From: Patescibacteria group bacterium
GTDB lineage: Bacteria; Patescibacteriota; Patescibacteriia; Patescibacteriales; WJLG01
Direction: 5' to 3'
Assembly: GCA_041652555.1 (NCBI GenBank)
Contig: JBAZHE010000002.1
Coordinates: 13,409 to 77,408, forward strand
Length of the DNA: 64,000 nucleotides
Part shown: in pieces, positions 1-10,298 of the stretch
Numbering within the stretch: position 1 is the stretch's first letter
Layout of the letters: every line of letters begins with the position of its first letter
Made by a program: the position numbers and the translations under genes
The notes under the pieces: generated by a model
What the model was told of the DNA's origin: nothing
Seen by the model: the letters and a program-made list of their open reading frames with translations, nothing else
Databases searched by the model: none

Positions 1-2100
1 TTCGCCTATCCGGCGATTGCTCTAGCACTTGTTTTATCCGGATTTTTTTCTTATTTTTTTTCTCTTCATCCTGAGTTAAGTTTTTTTGGTAATTATGGCC
101 GTCGGCAGGGTTTTATTCAGTTGATTTTTTATGTGGTATTTTTTCTTTTGCTTTTGATGTTTTTGCAGAATAAAAATAAGGCAAGCAAATTGGTTTGGAC
201 AACTGTTTTATCTTCTGTTATCCCGGTGTTTTACGGTTTAGCACAATTTTTTCGTCTGGATCCGTTGCATTGGGCTGAAAATATGGGACGGGTTTTTTCT
301 ACCATGGGACAGCCGAATTTTTTTGGGCATTATTTAATCTTAATTATTCCATTAACAGTTCTGGCCACTATTTTTTTAACGCGCCGTTTTTGGCCGAGAT
401 TTTTTTTATCGTCATTATTTATTTTTCAATCAATTTGTCTTTATAGTACCTTTAGCCGAGCGGCTTGGGTGGCCTTAGCTGGAGAAATTTTTTTTCTGAC
501 TGTTTTTTTTCTTTGGCTCAAAAAAGGAAAAAGATTTTTGTTTTTATCTTTATTGGCGGTTTTGTTTGTTTTTGCTGGTATAGTTTGGCTGGTCGGCAAT
601 CCGCCGGGCAAAATGTCTATTAACAATAGTTTTTTTTCCAGAATTGAAAGTATTTTTGACGCAAATTCCGCTTCTAACCGCGCCCGTCTTAATTATTGGT
701 CAGCGGCGATGGCGGCTTTTTCCGAGGCTCCTTTGAGGACAAAGATTTTTGGCTATGGTCCAGATGTTTTGTCGGACGTTTTTGCTTCGCGGTATCAGTC
801 AGAGTGGGCATTGGTGGAAAGAATTTATTCCTGGCCGGATCGTGCTCATAATTTTATTTTAGATTCTCTTCTGCATTTCGGTTTATTCGGCCTTTGGGTT
901 AGCATTTTAGCGGTGATTTATTTTTTAAAAGAAATAATTTATTTTTTTCGCCATTCCGCGCGAGATAGTTATTATTATTTTGTAGTCTTTTGTTTAACGG
1001 CTTTGTTTGGCTATTTTATTAATAACTTGTTTAGTTTTTCCTTGACTATTCTGAATGTTTTTTTTGTTGTTATCCTGTCTTCAGCCATAGCAATTATTGC
1101 CAAGCGAGAGGAGCGGATAATCTCTTTGCCACTATCTTTTTTTTCGCGTCTTGCTTTATTGTTGGTTGCGTTTGTTTTGGGAATAATTTTTATTTTTATT
1201 CGGTCTGTAAAAGTGATGGAGGCTGATCATCAGTATTTATTGGCAAAAAAAGCTGTTTCATCTGGTGAGTGCCAGCCACTTTCGTCCTTAAAACAAGCTT
1301 TTATTTTAAACACGCGAGAAAATGCATATCGTGAAGAATATCTTCACCAAGGACTTCTTTGTCTAAAAAATATTTCCGCTGAAGAAGAAAAAAACGCGCT
1401 TGAAAGCAGTTTATTTGAAGTTTTTAGGCAAATACCGGAAAAAGAAAGAAATAGCTTTGCGCTTTTAGATGAGGTTAATTTGTTGTCAGTTGTAGCTTTG
1501 AGCGATAAAAAATTTGCTTCAATGGCGGAAAAAAAGTTTCAAGATTTTTTAAAAGTTTATCCGCATCTCGGCCAAATTTATATCAATTGGGCTGATTATA
1601 AAATACAAGCTGGGGATTCTGAGGGCGCAATCAATATTATTCTAGAAGGTTTGGAAAAAGCTTTTCCTAAAAATTGGGATGATGAAAAAATTTTCTCTGA
1701 ACGGAGGCAAGATATAGCTCGTGAAATTATTTATTTCTATGAACTTTTAGGCAATTCATATCAAGCGACCGGTCAATTAGATAAAGCCTTAGATTATTAT
1801 AGTCGGATTATAAAGCTCAACCCTCTATATCTGCCGATTTATAAAAAAATTGCTGATGTTTATTATTTAAAAAAGGACTACAATATGGCTTTGTGGTATA
1901 ATAAAAGGGGCTATTCTCTAAATCCGAGTGATTATGTCTGGCCATTAGCTATTGGACTAGTTTATCAAGAAAAAGGTGACCAAGAAGCAGCTAGGGTTTA
2001 TTTGGAAGAATCTTTGAATTTAGCGCCGGAAGACAAAAGAGGTGAAATAGAAAATATTATTGCCAGTCTGAACAATACCGGCAAAAAAAACAATGAATAA
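1..2100 (+). CDS. O-antigen ligase/Wzy_C-family membrane protein with C-terminal TPR repeats (5' end lies outside the window)
   Basis: Frame is open from base 1 (FAYPAIAL...GNYGRRQG). Motifs STMGQPN, TFSRAAW, R..YW, GYGPD and DRAHN; TPR-like helices at the C-terminus. Confidence 0.85.
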   Translation, partial: FAYPAIALALVLSGFFSYFFSLHPELSFFGNYGRRQGFIQLIFYVVFFLLLLMFLQNKNKASKLVWTTVLSSVIPVFYGLAQFFRLDPLHWAENMGRVFSTMGQPNFFGHYLILIIPLTVLATIFLTRRFWPRFFLSSLFIFQSICLYSTFSRAAWVALAGEIFFLTVFFLWLKKGKRFLFLSLLAVLFVFAGIVWLVGNPPGKMSINNSFFSRIESIFDANSASNRARLNYWSAAMAAFSEAPLRTKIFGYGPDVLSDVFASRYQSEWALVERIYSWPDRAHNFILDSLLHFGLFGLWVSILAVIYFLKEIIYFFRHSARDSYYYFVVFCLTALFGYFINNLFSFSLTILNVFFVVILSSAIAIIAKREERIISLPLSFFSRLALLLVAFVLGIIFIFIRSVKVMEADHQYLLAKKAVSSGECQPLSSLKQAFILNTRENAYREEYLHQGLLCLKNISAEEEKNALESSLFEVFRQIPEKERNSFALLDEVNLLSVVALSDKKFASMAEKKFQDFLKVYPHLGQIYINWADYKIQAGDSEGAINIILEGLEKAFPKNWDDEKIFSERRQDIAREIIYFYELLGNSYQATGQLDKALDYYSRIIKLNPLYLPIYKKIADVYYLKKDYNMALWYNKRGYSLNPSDYVWPLAIGLVYQEKGDQEAARVYLEESLNLAPEDKRGEIENIIASLNNTGKKNNE

Positions 2101-3223
2101 GCGTTTTTTAAAAGATTTAGTTTTAGATTTAGTTTATTTTTTTGGACTTGTTTTTTTATTATTCGCTCCGAAAAAAAATAACGTGCGACAAGTTGATGAA
2201 AGCAAGCCATGGCTTTTTATATCTTGTTTTAAAATAGGCGATTCTTTGTTTTTAACGTCGGTTTATAGGGAGATAAAAAATAAATTTCCCGGCGTGCGCC
2301 TTTGGGTTTTAGTGAATAATTCCGGCGCGCGCGACATTTTAAAAAATAATCCGCACATAGAAAAGGTGATTTTTGTTAAAAATTATCTGTCTGGGTTTAT
2401 TTTTTTATTTAAAAATATAACAAGAGATTTCGGCGCTATTTTTGATTATTCAGCCATTTTTTATTGGAGTTTGATTGCTAAAAGTTTGCGGCATAAATTT
2501 TATCTTATCAGGGAAAATCAGCAGAAAATTGGACATTTTTTCTTTAAAAATTTTGAAAAATTCGGTTGGAGTCGCCGTTATGAAAATCAATATATAGTTA
2601 ATTATTATTTATCGCTAGTTGATTTTTTGGGGATTAAAACCTCTAACAATAGAATGAATATTTTTTTTAGTGCGGATGAAGCCATGAGATTTAAGGATAA
2701 ATTTTCTTTTTTGCCTGAAAAATACGCGATTTTCCATCTTAGCGCTGGCGAACCGAAAAATATCTGGCCGTATTGGGCGGAATTCGCTCCAGTCTTTAAC
2801 AAAGAGTTTGATTTGCCAGTGGTGTTTACTGGGTCTGACGAAAACAACAAAAATAATTCATTTTTAACTAAAAGATTGGTTGGTGGAGATAATAATTTTT
2901 TCTTTTTGGCGGGGAAAACTTCTCTCCGCGAAGCCTTATGGCTCGTGAGTCGCGCCGAATTTTATATTGGCGGCGATACAGGCATAACGCATGCCGCGAT
3001 TTCTTTTGATAAAAAAGTTGTTATGATTTTTGGCCGAGCGAGTGATAAGCTGTATTGTCCCGATAAAAAAAACATTGTTTGCCTTAAGCCAAAAACCCTT
3101 TGTTATCCATGCTATGCTTATGATAATGTTTACTATAAATGCCCAAATCCATCTGTGCCAGATTGTACAAAATCTATTACCCAGGAAGATATTTTAGCGG
3201 TTTCGCGTAAAATTTATGGATAA
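2093..3223 (+). CDS. Glycosyltransferase family 9 (heptosyltransferase-like)
   Basis: KIGD at the N-terminus, LAGKTSLRE and IGGDTGITHAA; Cys-rich C-terminal CYPC...C...C. Confidence 0.85.
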   Translation: MNKRFLKDLVLDLVYFFGLVFLLFAPKKNNVRQVDESKPWLFISCFKIGDSLFLTSVYREIKNKFPGVRLWVLVNNSGARDILKNNPHIEKVIFVKNYLSGFIFLFKNITRDFGAIFDYSAIFYWSLIAKSLRHKFYLIRENQQKIGHFFFKNFEKFGWSRRYENQYIVNYYLSLVDFLGIKTSNNRMNIFFSADEAMRFKDKFSFLPEKYAIFHLSAGEPKNIWPYWAEFAPVFNKEFDLPVVFTGSDENNKNNSFLTKRLVGGDNNFFFLAGKTSLREALWLVSRAEFYIGGDTGITHAAISFDKKVVMIFGRASDKLYCPDKKNIVCLKPKTLCYPCYAYDNVYYKCPNPSVPDCTKSITQEDILAVSRKIYG

Positions 3224-4130
3224 AAAAGATTTTTACAAGGAAGATTTTAGTTTAAGCGAAAAAATTTTTTGGCGCTTAAAAAAAATATCGGCGCTGTTTG
3301 GCCGTATAGATTTTGATGTTTTATTATTCTCTTTGCAATCAGCCAAAAGACGCGGTGGCTGGCCATTAATGAAATTTCTCCGCCGGAAGAAAATTACCAA
3401 TATTGATGGTGGAGAAAATATTTTAAATTATGGGGCGTATAAATTTAAAGTTCCCGCCGATAGTCTGATCGTCGCTGATCTAGTGGCAATTTTTTCTTAT
3501 CGCGATAAATATTTTAAAAAAAATTTTTTACCAAGCTGTTCTTTTGACGGGCCTTATGAAATGAATGGTTTTGAGATGAAAAAAGGAGATTTTGTGATTG
3601 ATGCCGGAGCTAATGTGGGGATTTTTTCCTTATTGGCCGGTGATATTGTCGGATCTTCCGGCTTGGTCTTTGCTTTTGAACCCGTGCCATTAGCCGCTGA
3701 TTTTTTGGAAAAAAACATTTTGCTTAATAAAAGAAAAAACATAAAAGTTTTGAAGTTTGGATTGGGAAGCAAAGCCGGCAAAGCTGATTTTAATCTGTTC
3801 TCCAGTCTAGAGGAGAGTTTAGTTTTTTTCACTGGTGGCCGGGAAAAAATTGAATTAGATATTATAAGTTTGGATGATTTTGTAAAAAATAATAAAATAG
3901 AGAAAATTGATTTTATAAAAGCTGATATTGAAGGAATGGAAAGAGATTTGCTTTTAGGGGCGAAAGAAGTGATTAAAAAATTTAATCCAAAATTATCAAT
4001 TTGCACCTATCATCGTCCTGACGACCCCGAAGTTTTGTCGGCGATAATAAAAGAATTTTGTTCTGATTATGAAATTATTTTTAGTGAGAAAAAACTATTC
4101 GCTCAAGTTCAATTTAAAAATAATCGTTGA
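3216..4130 (+). CDS. FkbM-family SAM methyltransferase
   Basis: VIDAGANVG, AFEP and IKADIEGME motifs. Confidence 0.9.
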   Translation: MDKKDFYKEDFSLSEKIFWRLKKISALFGRIDFDVLLFSLQSAKRRGGWPLMKFLRRKKITNIDGGENILNYGAYKFKVPADSLIVADLVAIFSYRDKYFKKNFLPSCSFDGPYEMNGFEMKKGDFVIDAGANVGIFSLLAGDIVGSSGLVFAFEPVPLAADFLEKNILLNKRKNIKVLKFGLGSKAGKADFNLFSSLEESLVFFTGGREKIELDIISLDDFVKNNKIEKIDFIKADIEGMERDLLLGAKEVIKKFNPKLSICTYHRPDDPEVLSAIIKEFCSDYEIIFSEKKLFAQVQFKNNR

Positions 4131-4133
4131 TTT

Positions 4134-4928
4134 ATGTTTTATTTTTTTATATTTTTCTCTTTGGCTATTGGCGCTATTATTGGCAGTTTTACTAATTGTT
4201 TTATTTGGCGCCTACACGAAGATGAAAGTTTGTTGGGGCGGTCATATTGCCCGCTTTGCCGTAAAAAAATTCACTGGTATGACAATATCCCGGTGATAAG
4301 CTTTTTTCTTTTACGCGGGCGTTGTCGCTCTTGTGGGGAAAAAATTTCTTGGCAATATCCATTAGTAGAAGTCGCTATGTCTTTGCTTTTTGCCACCGCG
4401 GCTTTTTTTGCAATTTCCGGAAAAATTTACAGCGGTTATCTTTTTTTTGATGCGACAACCGCCTTACGCTTGACGCGGGATTGGTTCTTTATTTTTATTT
4501 TATTAGTTGTTTTTGTTTACGATTTGCGCTGGTATTTAATTCCAGATAAGGTTGTTTTGCCGGCGATTGTTTTTATTTTTATTGTTAATTTGTTTCTAGG
4601 TTTTTCTTGGTGGTTGCTTCTACTTTGCGGTTTGGTTGGCGCTGGTTTTTTTGCCATACAGTTTATTGTTTCACGTGGTCGCTGGATGGGCGGCGGAGAT
4701 ATTCGCCTAGGCTTGTTTTTTGGTGTTTTTTTTGGTCGTTTTAATACGTTATTCCTAGCTATTTTATTGGCTTATTTTATCGGTTCGGTCATTAGCTTGC
4801 TTTTAATAGCTATTGGACGTAAAAAATGGGGTTCTCAGGTTCCTTTAGGGGTTTTTTTGGCTCCTGGGGCGATTTTAGCTCTGTTTTTTGGGGAAAAAAT
4901 TATTTCTTGGTATTTTGGCTTAATTTGA
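4134..4928 (+). CDS. pilD: Type IV prepilin peptidase (A24)
   Basis: GSF.N, RSYCPLC, GRCRSC, D.RWYLIPD, MGGGDIRL and VPLGVFL motifs. Confidence 0.95.
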   Translation: MFYFFIFFSLAIGAIIGSFTNCFIWRLHEDESLLGRSYCPLCRKKIHWYDNIPVISFFLLRGRCRSCGEKISWQYPLVEVAMSLLFATAAFFAISGKIYSGYLFFDATTALRLTRDWFFIFILLVVFVYDLRWYLIPDKVVLPAIVFIFIVNLFLGFSWWLLLLCGLVGAGFFAIQFIVSRGRWMGGGDIRLGLFFGVFFGRFNTLFLAILLAYFIGSVISLLLIAIGRKKWGSQVPLGVFLAPGAILALFFGEKIISWYFGLI

Positions 4929-4936
4929 GAAAAAAA

Positions 4937-4981
4937 TTATCCACAAAATATATTGGCAATAATAGTAAAGAGGTGTATAAT
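4937..4981 (+). promoter_or_regulatory. Perfect DnaA box adjacent to a sigma70-type promoter of ftsA
   Basis: TTATCCACA at 4937-4945; TTGGCA (4953-4958), 17-nt spacer, TATAAT (4976-4981). Confidence 0.65.
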
Positions 4982-5048
4982 TTTAATATAAGAAAAATGC
5001 GCAGTTTAGTTTTTTAAGTAAATAAAAAATTTGAATAGATATTAATAT

Positions 5049-6305
5049 ATGAAAGGAGATACAATTGCCGGTTTAGATATCGGTACAACTGAAGCTAGGT
5101 TGGTTGTTGGGCAGAGATTGGAGGGGACTGGCGGGCGTTTGCAGATAATCGGCGCCACTTCTGTGTCATCCGAAGGCTTGAATAGGGGGGTGATCAAGAG
5201 TATTGATGACGCGACTTCTTGTATTTCCGCTTTGTTGGAAAAAGCCGAACGCTTAATCGGTGCGCCAATCGGCGAGGTTTGTGTAAGTATTTCTGATCCT
5301 TATGTTCGTTGTGAAAAAAGCAAAGGCGTGGTAGCTATCGGCAGGGCTAATGGAGAGATTACTCAGGAAGATGTGGAAAGAACAATTGAAGCGGCCCGCG
5401 CCTTGAATATTCCCCCGAACTATGAAATTTTGCATGTTGTTCCGATAAAATTTACTGTGGACAATCAAGAAGATATCCGTGATCCAGTCGGTATGAGTGG
5501 TGTTCGTTTGGAAGCGGAAGTTTTGGTTATTCAGGGCATGTCTAGTCAAGTAAAAAATTTAACCAAAGCGATCTATCGCACCGGTTTAAATATTAGTGAT
5601 TTGGTTTTGTCGCCTTTGGCTACGGGGGAAGCGGTTTTGAGCCAGAAACAAAAAGACTTGGGTGTGGCTGTAGTTTCTTTTGGCGCCGCTACAACCACTT
5701 TATCGGTTTATGAAGAGGGGAAACTCATTCACGCGGCGGTTATTCCTATTGGCTCTGAGCATATTACTTCTGACATTGCTATTGGTTTGCGTTGCCCGAT
5801 AAATTTAGCGGAAAGAATAAAAATAGATTATGGTTGTGCGTTATCCAAGAATTTTAACACTAAAGACCAGATTGATATAAGAGAATTAGCTAAAGAAGAG
5901 GAGTCAGATGAAAGTATCGGTTCAATTTCCAAAAAATACTTAGCGGAAATAATAGAAGCACGCGTAGAAGAAATTTTTGAAAAAGTTGATGAGGAATTGA
6001 AAAAAATCGATCGTTCTGGAATGCTTCCGGCTGGTATTGTTTTAACTGGTGGCGGTGCGAAATTGTCAGGTTTAGTGGAGGCGGCTAAAGAAAAATTATG
6101 TTTGCCGGCCGGAATCGGCGTTTGTAAAAACGCTGACATTGTTTTTGATAAAGTTAATGATTTGAAATATTTAACCGCCTTGGGATTGGCGATTTGGGCT
6201 AATTCCGCTATTAGTAAAACTAAGGGCAATTCATTGAGCATTTCCGGTAATATCTCCGGTTTGTTCAAAAAAATCAAGGGTATTTTTTCCGCTTTTTCTG
6301 CGTAA
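5049..6305 (+). CDS. ftsA: Cell division protein FtsA
   Basis: GLDIGTT, P.GMSGVRLE, ITSDIAIGL, ARVEEIF and LTGGGAKL motifs; lies upstream of ftsZ. Confidence 0.97.
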   Translation: MKGDTIAGLDIGTTEARLVVGQRLEGTGGRLQIIGATSVSSEGLNRGVIKSIDDATSCISALLEKAERLIGAPIGEVCVSISDPYVRCEKSKGVVAIGRANGEITQEDVERTIEAARALNIPPNYEILHVVPIKFTVDNQEDIRDPVGMSGVRLEAEVLVIQGMSSQVKNLTKAIYRTGLNISDLVLSPLATGEAVLSQKQKDLGVAVVSFGAATTTLSVYEEGKLIHAAVIPIGSEHITSDIAIGLRCPINLAERIKIDYGCALSKNFNTKDQIDIRELAKEEESDESIGSISKKYLAEIIEARVEEIFEKVDEELKKIDRSGMLPAGIVLTGGGAKLSGLVEAAKEKLCLPAGIGVCKNADIVFDKVNDLKYLTALGLAIWANSAISKTKGNSLSISGNISGLFKKIKGIFSAFSA

Positions 6306-6367
6306 ACAGCCCTTGATATTTTTTTCTTAATAAGATAGACTGAAAAAATAAAAGGAGAATAAATTTT

Positions 6368-7564
6368 ATGGCTGAAGTAAAACCAATAATTGAGACTTTC
6401 GCGAAAATTAAAGTCGTCGGCATCGGCGGTGGCGGCAATAGCGCCATCCAGAGAATGGTGGAAAGGGGGATTAGGGGTGTTGATTTTGTCGCTATTAATA
6501 CAGACGTCCAGGCTTTGCATTATAATAAAGCCGGAGAAAAATTGCACATCGGTCGCTCTGTTACCCGCGGCTTGGGTGCCGGCATGAATCCGGATTTAGG
6601 TAAGCAGGCGGCGGAAGAATCGCAAAATGAGATTCGTGACATCTTAAAGGGCTCGGATATGGTTTTTATTACTTGCGGTTTAGGCGGCGGTACAGGAACA
6701 GGTGCGGCGCCAGTGGTGGCGGAAATCGCTCGCGATTTGGGTGCTTTAACTGTAGCAATTATTACTAAGCCGTTTTCTTTTGAAGGTGGCCAAAGAAAGG
6801 CGATTGCTGAGAGGGGTTTTGCTGAGTTGGCTGATAAAGTGGACACTATCATTACCGTTAATAATGATAAGCTTTTACAGAATATAGATAAAAAAACATC
6901 TTTACTTGACGCTTTTGCTTCGGCTGATGAGGTTTTGCGCCAAGGCGTGCAAGGGATTGCGGAAATTATTACCATTCCGGGCATAATTAATGTTGATTTT
7001 GCCGATGTCAAAGCGGTAATGTCTCAGGCTGGTTCAGCTTTGATGGGTATTGGTACAGCGACTGGAGAAAATCGGGCGGTGGATGCGGCGAAAATGGCAA
7101 TAAATTCTTCTTTATTAGACATGTCTATTGACGGCGCGCGCGGCATTGTGTTTACTATTACCGGCGGGCCTGGATTGGGTATGGCTGAAGTGAATGAGGC
7201 GGCTAAAGTAATTACGGCTTCAGCTGACCAGGATGCTAAAATAATTTTTGGCGCCGTGATTGACGATAAATTAAAAGACGAGATAAAAGTAACTGTCGTG
7301 GCAACCGGTTTTGACAGTGATAATTCTAACCCCAAAGTTCACCAGGCGCATGGTTATACGCCAAACAGCTTCATAGAGCAGACTAGTAAAGAAAATAAAT
7401 CAACCATTAAGGCTTCGTCCTGGTTTGGGAAAAAAGATGAACCCGGTCCGTTAAAAAAAGCGAAAATGCCTTCTTTGAAAATGATGCAAGAAGAATCTGC
7501 CGATGAAACAGAAGACGAAGGAGAGCTTGGCATCCCGGCGTTTATTCGGAAAAAAATGCAATAA
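6368..7564 (+). CDS. ftsZ: Cell division protein FtsZ
   Basis: GGGTGTG tubulin signature, NVDFADV, C-terminal IPAFIRK. Confidence 0.99.
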   Translation: MAEVKPIIETFAKIKVVGIGGGGNSAIQRMVERGIRGVDFVAINTDVQALHYNKAGEKLHIGRSVTRGLGAGMNPDLGKQAAEESQNEIRDILKGSDMVFITCGLGGGTGTGAAPVVAEIARDLGALTVAIITKPFSFEGGQRKAIAERGFAELADKVDTIITVNNDKLLQNIDKKTSLLDAFASADEVLRQGVQGIAEIITIPGIINVDFADVKAVMSQAGSALMGIGTATGENRAVDAAKMAINSSLLDMSIDGARGIVFTITGGPGLGMAEVNEAAKVITASADQDAKIIFGAVIDDKLKDEIKVTVVATGFDSDNSNPKVHQAHGYTPNSFIEQTSKENKSTIKASSWFGKKDEPGPLKKAKMPSLKMMQEESADETEDEGELGIPAFIRKKMQ

Positions 7565-7621
7565 ATTTTATAAAAAAAATCAGTCCCGAGCAATCGGGAC
7601 TGATTTTTTTTATAAAATTTA
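7562..7621. terminator. Bidirectional intrinsic terminator: perfect 28-bp inverted repeat with GCAA loop
   Basis: 7562-7589 is the exact reverse complement of 7594-7621; lies between convergent ftsZ and aldolase genes. Confidence 0.9.
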
Positions 7622-8611
7622 CTAAAAAGAGAATGAGAGAAATGATTTTAGGGAAATTTTTTCTTTGGGCAAAGTTGGTTTTTTAATAGTTAATTTCTTT
7701 TTTCCTTGGTATATTTTATAGGCTTCTTCGGCGGAATAATCATAAAGCGTGACTGCGGAGATGGCATTGGCCATGCGGACAGCTTCGTTTAATGGCCGTT
7801 GATAAATATTCCGTCCGACCGCTACGCCACGTGTGCCGGAAATATGGATTTGATGATGCAATTGTTCCAGGAATTTTTTCTCAGGCATTTTTTTCCCGCC
7901 GATGCAAATCACGCCTGATCGTCCGGCCGCTGTTGTTACTTCGCGGAATTTTTTGGCAGTTTCTATTGTTGGCTGGCTGTAAGGGTAGCTAATTTTTACG
8001 AAATCAGTGTCCAAGCAGACCGCCACACCAGCGCCACCGGCCAGTAAGTGAATATCTTCTTCATTTTTAACTGCTTTACCGCGAGCGTAAATCCAAATTA
8101 CCGCGAGCATTCCTTCTTGATGAGCTTTGTAGATGACGCGCGCCGCCTGCCCGAAGGACTCTGATTCAAAAGTACTGCCGATATAAACAGTATAACCAAC
8201 TCCGACAATATTTAAACCGGACGTTTTTTTAAAATTAACTATGTCTTCCATAGCTAGCCAGCGGTTAGAAAAAGGATCACGTTCTTCTTTTTTGATTAAA
8301 TTAGTTTTAGAATTAATTTTTACTATTAAAGGCGTGTTTCTACAAAGATCATTGGCATAACGTGAAAGCAACCCGGCTTGTGCGGCCAAAACGCCGATTT
8401 CCGCCCCGCAGGCAATATTAAAATAATGCTTTGGATCGGCGACCTCCGCCGGTATTCCCGGACCGACAAAATCATCGTTTAAATGCTCAACTTTTTGGTC
8501 GCAGGCAAACATCATTAGTCGGCCAGTGCCACGAGTGGCAACCTTCCAATTTTTTAAATATTCTTTCCTTTTTTCCGGCGGAACAGAAGCCGGGACAAAA
8601 ACTTTTTCCAT
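7622..8611 (-). CDS. Class I (DhnA/FbaB-type) fructose-bisphosphate aldolase
   Basis: ACDQKVEH, VKINSKT, W.YARG, DFVK (Schiff-base Lys) and GVAVGRNIYQ. Confidence 0.88.
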   Translation of the reverse strand: MEKVFVPASVPPEKRKEYLKNWKVATRGTGRLMMFACDQKVEHLNDDFVGPGIPAEVADPKHYFNIACGAEIGVLAAQAGLLSRYANDLCRNTPLIVKINSKTNLIKKEERDPFSNRWLAMEDIVNFKKTSGLNIVGVGYTVYIGSTFESESFGQAARVIYKAHQEGMLAVIWIYARGKAVKNEEDIHLLAGGAGVAVCLDTDFVKISYPYSQPTIETAKKFREVTTAAGRSGVICIGGKKMPEKKFLEQLHHQIHISGTRGVAVGRNIYQRPLNEAVRMANAISAVTLYDYSAEEAYKIYQGKKKLTIKKPTLPKEKISLKSFLSFSF

Positions 8612-8672
8612 AGCATTTTTTATGTTAGAATGAAGATGATTACTAATATATTATATCATATAATAAAATATT

Positions 8673-10250
8673 ATGCTAAAACCAGTAATTTTAGTTATTC
8701 TTGACGGTTGGGGGGAATGGGATGTGGAAAAAGGCAATCCTTTGAAAAAAGCGTTATTGCCGACAATCGATCGCTTAAATAAATATTATCCCAAAACTTT
8801 ATTGCAGGCTTCAGGCCTGGCAGTTGGTTTGCCTTGGGGGGTGCGAGGGAATTCCGAAGTCGGACATCAAACAATCGGCACCGGCCAGATTATTTTTCAG
8901 TATTTGCCAGCGATTTCCGCCGCTATCGGCGACGGTTCATTTTTTAACAGCCCCGCGCTTTTAGAAGCCTTTGATCGGACAATGCGCCATTCTTCTAATT
9001 TACATTTTTTTGGTTTGCTCTCTGATGGCTCCGTGCATTCTCATATTGATCATTTATTTGCTTTACTGGAAGCGGCTAAGAGAAATAAAATTAAAGAAGT
9101 TTTTATTCATGTTGTCACTGATGGTCGCGATACTCATCCGCAAAGCGCTAAGAAATATATAGTTTCTTTGCAAGCAAAAATGGCCGAGCTAGGCTTGGGA
9201 AAAATTGCCACACTTTGTGGAAGATACTATGCGATGGATAGGAATAATAATTGGGAAAGAACCGAAGAATCTTTTTCAGTTATGACTGCCGGAAGTGGTC
9301 TGAAAGAAAAAAATCCACTTTTAGCAGTTGATTTTCAGTATGAGAAAAATATTTTTGATGAATATTTAAAGCCGGTTAATTTAATTGACGAAAATGATCA
9401 GCCGATAGGATTGATTAAAGACAACGACACGATTATTTGTTTTAATTATCGCGAGGACCGTTCGCGTCAAATGGCTAGAGCCTTTATTCTTCCGGATTTT
9501 AAGGAATTTGTGGCGCCTCGGCCAAAAAATATAAAATATATTTGTTTTACTGAATATGAAGAAGGCTTGACAAAAGACGTTGTTTTTCGTCCGGATAAAA
9601 TAACCGTCCGTTTGGGAGAAATTTTATCTAAAAAGGGGCTAAAACAATTGCGCGTTGCGGAAACGGAAAAATACGCCCATGTTACCTACTTTTTTAATGG
9701 TGGCCTGGAAAAGCCCTACGCTGGCGAAGATCATTTACTTATTCCTTCAAAAAAAGTTTCCACTTATGCCACGGTGCCGGAAATGAGTGCTGAAGAAATA
9801 ACCGAAAAGATTTTGGAGGCGGTTGATCAAAATAAATATGATTTTATTTTAGTGAATTATGCTAATTCTGATATGGTCGGGCACACTGGTAATTTTGTTT
9901 CAGCTGTAAAAGCAGTGGAGACTGTTGACTCCTGTTTGTCGCGTTTGATTGATAAAGTTATTTCTTTGCGCGGCAGTCTGTTGATAACCGCTGATCATGG
10001 TAATGTGGAAGAGTTGGTTAATATCCATACCGGCGATACTGATACTCAGCATTCCAAAAATCCCGTTCCTTGTTGGTATGTAACGCTGGATAATAATATT
10101 GAATATAAAGAGGCGCTAGAGCCTTCAATCGATGGCATGCTAGTTGATTTGGCACCGACAATTTTAGATATTTTAAAAATTTCTAAACCGAAAGATATGG
10201 TTGGCCGAAGCCTTTTACCGCTTTTCGGTGAAGTTAAAAAAGAAGAATAA
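8673..10250 (+). CDS. gpmI: 2,3-bisphosphoglycerate-independent phosphoglycerate mutase
   Basis: LVILDGWG, GNSEVGH, GRYYAMDR, AETEKYAHVT, DMVGHTG and TADHGN. Confidence 0.98.
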   Translation: MLKPVILVILDGWGEWDVEKGNPLKKALLPTIDRLNKYYPKTLLQASGLAVGLPWGVRGNSEVGHQTIGTGQIIFQYLPAISAAIGDGSFFNSPALLEAFDRTMRHSSNLHFFGLLSDGSVHSHIDHLFALLEAAKRNKIKEVFIHVVTDGRDTHPQSAKKYIVSLQAKMAELGLGKIATLCGRYYAMDRNNNWERTEESFSVMTAGSGLKEKNPLLAVDFQYEKNIFDEYLKPVNLIDENDQPIGLIKDNDTIICFNYREDRSRQMARAFILPDFKEFVAPRPKNIKYICFTEYEEGLTKDVVFRPDKITVRLGEILSKKGLKQLRVAETEKYAHVTYFFNGGLEKPYAGEDHLLIPSKKVSTYATVPEMSAEEITEKILEAVDQNKYDFILVNYANSDMVGHTGNFVSAVKAVETVDSCLSRLIDKVISLRGSLLITADHGNVEELVNIHTGDTDTQHSKNPVPCWYVTLDNNIEYKEALEPSIDGMLVDLAPTILDILKISKPKDMVGRSLLPLFGEVKKEE

Positions 10251-10298
10251 AAAAATAAAAAACGCTATTTTTAAAATAACGTTTTTTATTTGGATTTT

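Noticed and set aside
4128-4136. Alternative genetic code 25 (TGA = Gly)
   Set aside because: TGA ends the FkbM, pilD, atpF and murF genes at expected lengths, with the next gene following.
5253-7593. Long antisense ORFs over ftsA/ftsZ, and similar shadow ORFs elsewhere
   Set aside because: They are codon-bias shadows of well-supported genes and show no motifs.
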